Assembly (NCBI GenBank): GCA_046597055.1
Contig: JBKJLC010000094.1
Coordinates: 1-62,707, forward strand
Direction: 5' to 3'
From: Kofleriaceae bacterium
GTDB taxonomy: Bacteria > Myxococcota_A > Polyangia > Haliangiales > Haliangiaceae
Length of the DNA: 62,707 bases
Position 1 is the stretch's first letter; every line of letters starts with the position of its first letter. Positions 54,305 through 62,707 of the stretch are shown piece by piece. The notes below the pieces were generated by a model that searched no databases, was not told the origin of the DNA, and worked only from the letters and a program-made list of their open reading frames with translations. Position numbers and translations under genes: made by a program.

Positions 54305-56502
54305 TCAGCGCGAGAACAGCACGGCTGCCGGGTGGCAGCGTGGCGTCATCCCGCCCTGGATCGCGACCACGCGGTCGGTGGCCGCGTCGTAGTGAATGTT
54401 GGAGTTCGCGAACGGCTGCGGCTCGTGGACCAGGTAGCGCGAGGCGGCGCCGCGCGCCGGGGCGCCATCGCCGGCGACCATCGTCGCGACGGACCACGCC
54501 GGTGTCTCCGCGTACGGCAGCGACCAGAGTGGCGCGTCGGGTTTGTCGAGCCCCAACATCTCGACCGTGCGCTGGCGCGGATAGAACTGGAGGTAGCTGC
54601 GCAGGCCGGTGGCGAAGCTGGCCGGGACCGTCGGCGTCGCGCGGGCGAACCACACGGCGCCGAGCGGGGTCTCCTCGCCGAGGCGCAGGTCGAGGCTCGA
54701 CAGCTCGAACCAGTCACCGGCGACGCCGGTGCGCCGATGCGCCGCGGCCTCGGCGCGGCGGAGGCGCAGCCGGTAGGTGCCGCCCCGCCAGTCGTAGCTC
54801 TGGCGCAGGCTGACCTGCACGCCGCCGACGCCGTCCCAGGGCCCGTCGGCGTCGCCGTGCGGGGCGGTCCGGATCTCGCTGGTGTCGCCGGTCGTGTAGC
54901 GCACGAACCACACGCCGCGGCCAAACGTGCCATCCGCGTCGTAGACGTCGGTCTGGAGGGCAAAGGCGAACGGTTGTCCGTCGATGACACCGCGCAGGGG
55001 GACGATGTTCATGGCGATCGCGTGGGCCGGTGCCTCCTCGATCGTCACCGTCGCCTCGAGGGTCGTCGCCGGCGCGGCCAGCTGCCAGTAGACGAGCGTG
55101 CTGGTGCCGCCGGTCGGCGCGCCGGTGGTCGCGGGCGCCCGGCAGCACCGACCGTGCGCGCACACCGCGCCGGCGCCACAGCCGAGCGCGGTGCAGGCAT
55201 CCTGGTCGCTGACCGCGCCCACCCGCGGCGGCGCGAGCGAACCGGCACCCGCGCGCGGGCCGAGCCGACGAACCCCGGCGATCGTCAGCCCGACGCTGGC
55301 GGCGAGGCCGACCGCGAGGATGGCGAGTCGGCGGCCGCGCGCTGGCCGGCGCGAGCGCGCCGCGACCGCGCCGGTGTCGGTGATCGGCGCGACCTCGGCC
55401 ATGACGCTCCGGGCCGGCGGCAAGGTCGCCGGCGGGTCGGGCGCGACGCTGATGCCAAAGGCGGGCGACCCGGCCGGTCGCATCCGCTCGGTCGGCGCGT
55501 CGGGCAGCGCGCGCTCCGGCAGCGGGTCGAGGGTGGCGCCATCCATCACCAGCGCGAGCGGGTCGGGCACGACCAGGCCGGCGAGCGGCGCCCACCTTGC
55601 CTCGGCGCCCTCGGTCTCGCCGGCATCCGCGCTCTCCGCCATCGCGCGATCGAGCGCCTCGCGCATGGCCGCGGCGCTCGGCCAGCGGTCGACCGCCGCC
55701 AGCGCCAGCGCGCGATCGACGACGGCGGCGAGCGCGGCCGGTGCCTCGACCAGGTCGCGCAACCGTGGCGCCGGGCGGGTCGCGGTGTAGACCGCGATCT
55801 CCTGCGCGTTCTCGCCGTCGTGCACCGGGCGTCCGGTCAGGAAGGTGAACAGCAGCGCGCCCACTGCCCACAGGTCGGAGCGGGCGTCGAGGTCGGCGGT
55901 GCGTCCCATCGCCTGCTCGGGGCTCATGAACCCCGGGGTGCCGAGCACGGCGCCGGTGCGGGTCAGGCCGTCGTCCATGCCGGCGGACTCGCGCAGCCGC
56001 GCGATGCCAAAATCGAGCAGCTTCACCTCGGCGCTGCGGGTGACGAACACGTTGGTCGGCTTGATGTCGCGATGGATGACACCCTCGCGGTGCGCGGCCT
56101 CGAGCGCGTCGAGCACGCCGCGCGCGATGATCACCGCGTCGCGCAGGCCGAGCCGGCCGCCCCGCTGCGCGGCGAGCTCGCGGCAGGTCAGGCCGTCGAG
56201 CAGCTCCATCACCAGGAACACCGAGCCGTCCTCGGCGCGATCGTCGTCGACGATGCGGACCACGCCGGGGTGGCCGACCCGGTTGGCGACCAGCCCCTCG
56301 CGCACGAAGCGGCGGCGCACGTCCTCGCTGGTCGCGTAGGCGCGATGCAGCATCTTCACGGCGACCCGCCCGCCGTTGCGATGCACCGCGGCGTACACCG
56401 CGCCCATGCCGCCGATGCCGAGGATCGCGAGCAGCCGGTACTTCCGTGCGAGCACGCTGCCGACCCGGGCCTGCGCCTCGGCGGTGAGCTCGGCTTCGCC
56501 GA

Positions 56503-56506
<4 letters not shown>
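54305..56506 (-). CDS. Ser/Thr protein kinase with TM helix and extracytoplasmic beta-rich domain
   Basis: GIGGMGAV, VAVK, HRDIKPTN, DFG, GTPGFMSPEQ; TM segment; Cys-rich linker. Confidence 0.93.
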
Positions 56507-58092
<1,586 letters not shown>

Positions 58093-58383
58093 CGGCGGTT
58101 CCTTACCATCGACGCGGGCGTTTTCCCCAGCCGGAATCGCGACAACTGAACCGTCCACCGGTCCGGCGCCGGCCGGCCTCGGTCGCCGCGCAAGCCAGGC
58201 CTCGTTCGCGCGCCGGCGTGCCAGCGGCTGCCAGGATTCGCCGGCTCGCTCGCCGCGACGACTCCGCACGAACCCGGGTTGCCGACGCCGCACGAGCGGG
58301 AGCCGGGTCGACCGGGGCTGACCAGCGCGTCATCTTCCACGACGTGCGTCGGTGTGACAGTGGCAAGCGCGTCGAGCCGATGC

Positions 58384-58500
58384 TTATGTCAACTGTCCGC
58401 GAAGGTCGCGAACCCGCAGTGGTTTAAGGCCGACCGCGCATCGAACTGGTTCGGCCAATCGCGGCGGTCAGGGTCGCTGGATCGCGGTCTTCGCGCGTTG
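58384..58500 (+). repeat. Dispersed repeat copy A starting at a XerD-arm-like 11-mer
   Basis: TTATGTCAACTGTCCGCGAAGGTCGCGA...CGCGCATCGAACTGGTTCGGCCAATCGCGG; aligns with 61301-61414. Confidence 0.8.
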
Positions 58501-58745
58501 AGGTCGCCGATGATCGTGAACGGACTGCCGCCCGGCGCCGACGATTCCTCCGCGAGCTCGTACTTGCGCGCCTTCTTGATCACGTCGTCGCGGCCCTTCC
58601 CACTCCAGGTACTGCTGCTGGAACTGCTTGAGCCAGCTGGTGAGGCGGGTCGACGCGTTGGCCAGCATGATGCTCGCGCGGTCGTCGAAGTCGATGCCCG
58701 ATGCGAACGACGCCCACAGCTGGCGGTCCTGGTCGGCCGGGGAAC
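58468..58745 (-). pseudogene. Frameshifted fragment of an unknown protein
   Basis: DQDRQLWASFASGIDFDDRASIMLANASTRLTSWLKQFQQQYLEWEG / DVIKKARKYEL in adjacent frames. Confidence 0.35.
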
Positions 58746-58754
58746 GGCGCGACG

Positions 58755-58940
58755 GCCGTCACCGCGGTGGCGACCGTGTTCTGCTACTACCAGGGCTTCA
58801 TCGCCTCGAAGACGAGCACCGAGAGCGCGAACACGACGATGACCGGCCGCCAGAAGGCCAAGAAGCGCGGCGCCAACGTGGCCGTGTACCCGACCGTCGA
58901 TCTGCCCCAGATCGGCGCCGGCATGCGCATCGTGTTCTGA
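58755..58940 (+). pseudogene. Orphan C-terminal fragment of a myxobacterial-type secreted protein
   Basis: TM end, YYQGF, and terminal VYPTV...GAGMRIVF beta-strand; no start codon. Confidence 0.4.
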
Positions 58941-58946
58941 ACCACC

Positions 58947-59411
58947 TCAGCGCGGTAACGTGCCACGGGCCTCGAGTGCAGCGCTCAGCTGGAGCCACTG
59001 GGGGTAGCCGGCGAGCCACTTCGGGCGGGCGCGCGCCGCCTCGAAGGACCAGGCGGCGCGCTCATCCCAGCAGGCGATCACGACAGGGCGGTCGCCGAGT
59101 CGGACCTCGAGGGCGGGCAGCGTGCACGAGACGCTCTTGCTGCGGACAACGAGCCGACGCGCCCCGGCCCGCACCGCCGGCCAGGGCACGCGGACGTGCT
59201 CGGCACCTCGGTAGTCGGCGAGCGCGACCCCGTCTGTGCTCACGCGGAGCTCGAGTGACGGCGAGCGCGGGGTCAGGCCGAGCATGACCGTCCAGGTGAG
59301 CCCGGCGACGGCGATCGCGAGCATCCCCGCGACCATCCAGGCCTGGCGGTGCGGCTCGCGCAGCAGCCGGTCGCCGGCGCCGGTCGCGCCGAGCAGGATC
59401 GCGGCGGTCAC
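58947..59411 (-). CDS. Hypothetical membrane protein (possibly truncated)
   Basis: TM helix followed by a PH-like LRVSTDGV...VPWPAV pattern. Confidence 0.5.
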   Translation of the reverse strand: MTAAILLGATGAGDRLLREPHRQAWMVAGMLAIAVAGLTWTVMLGLTPRSPSLELRVSTDGVALADYRGAEHVRVPWPAVRAGARRLVVRSKSVSCTLPALEVRLGDRPVVIACWDERAAWSFEAARARPKWLAGYPQWLQLSAALEARGTLPR

Positions 59412-59613
59412 ACGACGAACAGCCGGGCGCTGACGAGGCCGCCCGGGGGGTCCACAACTGGCTTGGCGTAGCGCCGACAGGCGATCCAGGTCTCCGTCGA
59501 GGCGTCGCCGACCTCGAGCGGGCCCAGGATCATCCGGTCGCGCAGGCCGTGGCCATGCAGGCCGAGCCCGCAGCCCACTGGCTGGCTGGCCGCGTCGCAC
59601 CGCGGACACCGCC

Positions 59614-59725
59614 GCCTAACAATTCGTTCAAGCCGGCCCTACTTTGCTACACCGGCAACATGGCAGGTTTAGCTTGCCATGTTGCCGGCTCCGCTACGCA
59701 GGTCGGCTTAACTCAGGCGTTAGGC
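59614..59725 (+). mobile_element. Integron attC site 1 (112 bp)
   Basis: R'' GCCTAAC, AATTCGTTCAAGCCG ... CGGCTTAACTCAGGC, R' GTTAGGC; central palindrome CCGGCAACATGGCA/TGCCATGTTGCCGG. Confidence 0.92.
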
Positions 59726-59730
59726 CGCAT

Positions 59731-60111
59731 ATGAAGATGACACCAGTGCCTAGAGTAATTGTCAGGATCATCGGCCTTCTCTTCGCGTTAGAAGGGTTCA
59801 TCGGTCTGATCGCTCCGGAAGTATTCCGCGCACTAGTCGTCTGGCTTCAATCGCCGCCCAGCTGGCCTGGCTCAGTGGCCCTACGAGCTCTCATCGGTAT
59901 CCTGCTTTTAGGCCTGGCGTCTCCCGCCAAATCAGTTGCTGCAGTGAGGGCCATCGGGCTGCTCACACTCTTGGGTGCAGTGGTTGGCTTAGTCTTCACC
60001 AACTTGGGTGAGGCACCACATGGCTCGATCTGGCGGCTACCTTCCTTGGCTTTGCTTGCGGCGGGGCTTGTCGTTGTATGGGGCGCTGGCAAAGCTCGGG
60101 CCGCGGCCTAA
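59731..60111 (+). CDS. Integron gene-cassette ORF: 126-aa four-TM membrane protein
   Basis: ATG 6 nt after attC1; its TAA lies inside the attC2 R'' box; visibly lower GC than the host. Confidence 0.85.
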   Translation: MKMTPVPRVIVRIIGLLFALEGFIGLIAPEVFRALVVWLQSPPSWPGSVALRALIGILLLGLASPAKSVAAVRAIGLLTLLGAVVGLVFTNLGEAPHGSIWRLPSLALLAAGLVVVWGAGKARAAA

Positions 60112-60165
60112 CAATTCATTCAAGCCGATGCCGCTTCGCGGCACGGCTCAATTCAGGCGTTATGC
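60106..60165 (+). mobile_element. Integron attC site 2 (60 bp)
   Basis: GCCTAACAATTCATTCAAGCCGATGCCGCTTCGCGGCACGGCTCAATTCAGGCGTTATGC. Confidence 0.92.
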
Positions 60166-60506
60166 GCGGTCAAGGGCGAAATGTCGGCGAGGCAGAGTTC
60201 GTGCTTCGTACTTTGGGGGAGGGCGAAACTCAGCGGTCGATCAGGATTCGCCGGATGAACCCAACCGCGGCCGTGTCGCGAACGGAGGCCGCTTCCGTCC
60301 GGCTGCCGGACGATACTGTTCGTGATGGGAGCGACGATCTGGCGTCGGTAAGTGTTGGCATGAAATCACCTGGTGCGCCTCACGGACGCCTGTGGGGGAG
60401 ACTGCCCCGTGAACCGATAGCGTTGTCGTCGCGCGGTTTCGTAACCAACGCGACGAACGCCGATTCCCGTTGATGATTCGGTGCGCGCGTTCACACTTCG
60501 GAGACG

Positions 60507-60953
60507 GTGCCACAGAGCGAGCATGTACTTGGTAGCCGCAGGTCGGCCGTGCGCGAGCCAGCGTCGCGGAGACGGTGGGCGGTGCTTCTCGGTCTCGCCG
60601 CCGTTTACATCGTGGCCGGGAAGCTCGGGGTTCATTTAACTCTCGTGCACCCGAGCGCGACGGCAGTGTCGCCGCCTACGGGCATCGCGTTGGCGGCGTT
60701 CCTCATGCTCGGCCGGCGCGTCTGGCCGGCGGTGCTGGTCGGCGGGTTCGTGGTGAATTTCACGACCGCGGGCAACGCGTTCCCGTCTCTCGGCATCGCC
60801 GCGGGCAACACGCTCGAGGGGTTGATCGGGTCGTACCTCCTCGACCGATACGCCGCAGGACCTCGATCGCTCGAGCATCCGCGTGTTAGGGAGCGGGCCC
60901 GACGACGGGAACAAGGACAGGACGGAGCACGCTGCGTGATGGCGGTGGCCTGA
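60507..60953 (+). pseudogene. Truncated MASE1 sensor domain
   Basis: YIVAGKLG...PPTGIALAA...WPAV.VG...IAAGNTLE, which degenerates after about 60880. Confidence 0.75.
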
Positions 60954-61270
60954 GACGCCATCACGCGGGAAAGTTGGCCCTGGTTCGGATGGTCGAGGAC
61001 GATGGCGCCGCGTTCGCAAGGGCTGGGCAGGTCGCCCGCCGAAATAGGTGACGCCGAAGGTGCTGGAACACCGACGGCGTCGTGTCCCCGATTGCCCCGT
61101 GCGTGACGGCAACCAAGAACCCCTATCTCATCGTCCACCGCAGCGATTGACTCTCAATACTCTTCTTGGGCGCCGGATGGCGGTGACCATCGCTCCCGCC
61201 CGGACAGCTTGCGCTGGCGCGGACGATGTTTACCAAGCGACATGGCTATTTGTAATGATTACAAGTGGCT

Positions 61271-61414
61271 ACGTCGCATAATCGTGTTACGTAATCGTAT
61301 TCATGTCAACTGTATGCCAAGGTCGCGACCGGGCAGCTTCGAGGCGGTTCGCGCATCGATCTGGTTCGGCCAATCGCGGTGCCGCGACGTCTGCGATCGA
61401 GTCCTCCGATCTTG
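61271..61414 (+). repeat. Dispersed repeat copy B with a dif-like site at its 5' end
   Basis: ACGTCGCATAA-TCGTGTTACGTAA-TCGTAT-TCATGTCAACT followed by sequence homologous to copy A. Confidence 0.75.
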
Positions 61415-61624
61415 GGCGGCGCGCTCGGGCGCGTGGTGTACCGGCGAGTGAGGAACCGGACGGTTTCGATCGCGGCTCGACGGCTCGCCGAGCGCCTTGA
61501 CGGTGCGCGATGGCCAACTAATCGAGGCCGAGCTCTACTTCGGATGGCACATTGCACACGGGCGCCGGCGCATCTATCGGCCGACGTGACTGACCTAATC
61601 GTGGACACTTAGGAGCGACTAAAA

Positions 61625-62299
61625 ATGAGCGATATGGCAATGGACAGACTTTTAAAGGCTCAGGGATCGCGCTGGCCGCTGATCTGCGGAATCGTCGCCG
61701 CGCCATTGTTTTGTGGCGTCGTCGCAATTCAGGCTTATGCGAGAGAAGGATTCCATCTCGCAATTCATCCGCTCAGCCTGTTGAGTCTTGGCGACTTGGG
61801 CTGGATTCAAACCGCCACTTTCATAGCAACTGGCCTTTTGATTATCGCCTGCGCCTTCGGGATGCGGCGGTTGTTGTCTCATCGCTGGGGCGGAACGTGG
61901 GCGCCGCTGCTGGTTGCGCTCTATGGCCTGGGTCTCTTCGCGGCCGGCGTATTCCCCGCCGATCCGGGATTGGGCTTTCCGCCGGGGGCGGTGCAAGCCG
62001 ATGCCACGAGCTGGCACGCCACACTCCACGGCGCTGCGTTTTTCCTGGCTCACCTTTCGGTCATTCTCGCCTGCTTCGTCTTCGCGCGCCGTTTCCTTGC
62101 GCACGGGGACAAAGGCTGGGCGGCCTACAGCGTCGCAACCGGCATCGGCACGCCTGCCCTGATTGTTGCCGGGTTTTCAAACCCCGCCGTCATTGGCGCA
62201 TCGTTCTTTCTGACGGGAGTTGTCGCCATGGGATGGCTGGCGCTGGTCGCGGCTCGAATGCTCGCCCAGCGAACAGCCGGCAATTCGTCGCAAGGATAA
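61625..62299 (+). CDS. DUF998-family membrane protein
   Basis: AGGAG RBS; REGF...HPLSLLSLGDLGWIQ, AGVFPADP..GFP, HATLH. Confidence 0.85.
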   Translation: MSDMAMDRLLKAQGSRWPLICGIVAAPLFCGVVAIQAYAREGFHLAIHPLSLLSLGDLGWIQTATFIATGLLIIACAFGMRRLLSHRWGGTWAPLLVALYGLGLFAAGVFPADPGLGFPPGAVQADATSWHATLHGAAFFLAHLSVILACFVFARRFLAHGDKGWAAYSVATGIGTPALIVAGFSNPAVIGASFFLTGVVAMGWLALVAARMLAQRTAGNSSQG

Positions 62300-62707
62300 G
62301 CCCCCTGCATCGGACAGGCGAAAGCGCTTCACCTTTCGGCGCATAGAGGATGTCGTGACCCGAGAGAACAACTTGTCGATCTCGATTTCGCCTTCACGCC
62401 CGCAACCGACCTGCTGAAACAGCGTCGGGTTCGTCTTCCGATAAATCAAGATGTACCGACTGCTGTCGCTGGCTCGAGGCTGGCTAGAGACCTTGCAAGA
62501 GCTGCCGCAGCTGCCGCAGGTCTATCGTCGTCTGAGCGAAAGCGCGCTTGTCTACGCGGCCCCGAGCGTCGGTTGCGAAGGCATCATCGAACGTAACCGT
62601 TCACGCGGCGACAGCGGACCGCTGGTCAGTTCGCAGATGCGCGGGTAGCAGCGATGGCGCCGGAGTGCCATGAAGCGCAGCCGCACAGGCGTCCTTCAGG
62701 AACCCGT

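Noticed and set aside
61547..61615. TGGCAC..TTGC sigma-54-like box and an IS3-like terminal motif upstream of the DUF998 gene
   Set aside because: The -24/-12 spacing is wrong; no partner inverted repeat or transposase was found
61625..62299. DUF998 gene as a further integron cassette
   Set aside because: Lower GC, but no RYYYAAC...GTTRRRY attC follows its stop codon
62300..62707. Short ORFs at the right edge
   Set aside because: No recognisable motifs and truncated by the window; cannot be supported

Overview
Most of this 62.7 kb window (about 4.9-58.3 kb) is very GC-rich, densely coding chromosome that looks myxobacterial (MYXO-CTERM M36 peptidase, eukaryote-like Ser/Thr kinases, sigma-54 activator, many lipoproteins). 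It carries cbs, gstA/nitronate monooxygenase/HxlR, an FMO-esterase pair, recCBD, nrfHA (all-CxxCH NrfA), a RAYT-like HUH transposase, lnt, an orphan N6-adenine methyltransferase, gapN and a HipA-like kinase. Both ends differ from the core. The first ~2 kb (cheD, HDOD, gene fragments) look foreign. The last ~4.4 kb are a mosaic of gene fragments containing two clear integron attC sites around one intact cassette, with no integrase. That cassette region lies between two diverged ~110 bp direct repeats that each begin at a dif/XerD-like arm (TTATGTCAACT / TCATGTCAACT). Other highlights are a branched 170 bp palindrome just upstream of the RAYT-like transposase, a lipoprotein resembling the eukaryotic AAC4-like family, a multiply frameshifted S41-type peptidase relic and a recurrent leaderless-promoter signature. 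All family assignments come from motif recognition by eye; no searches were run.
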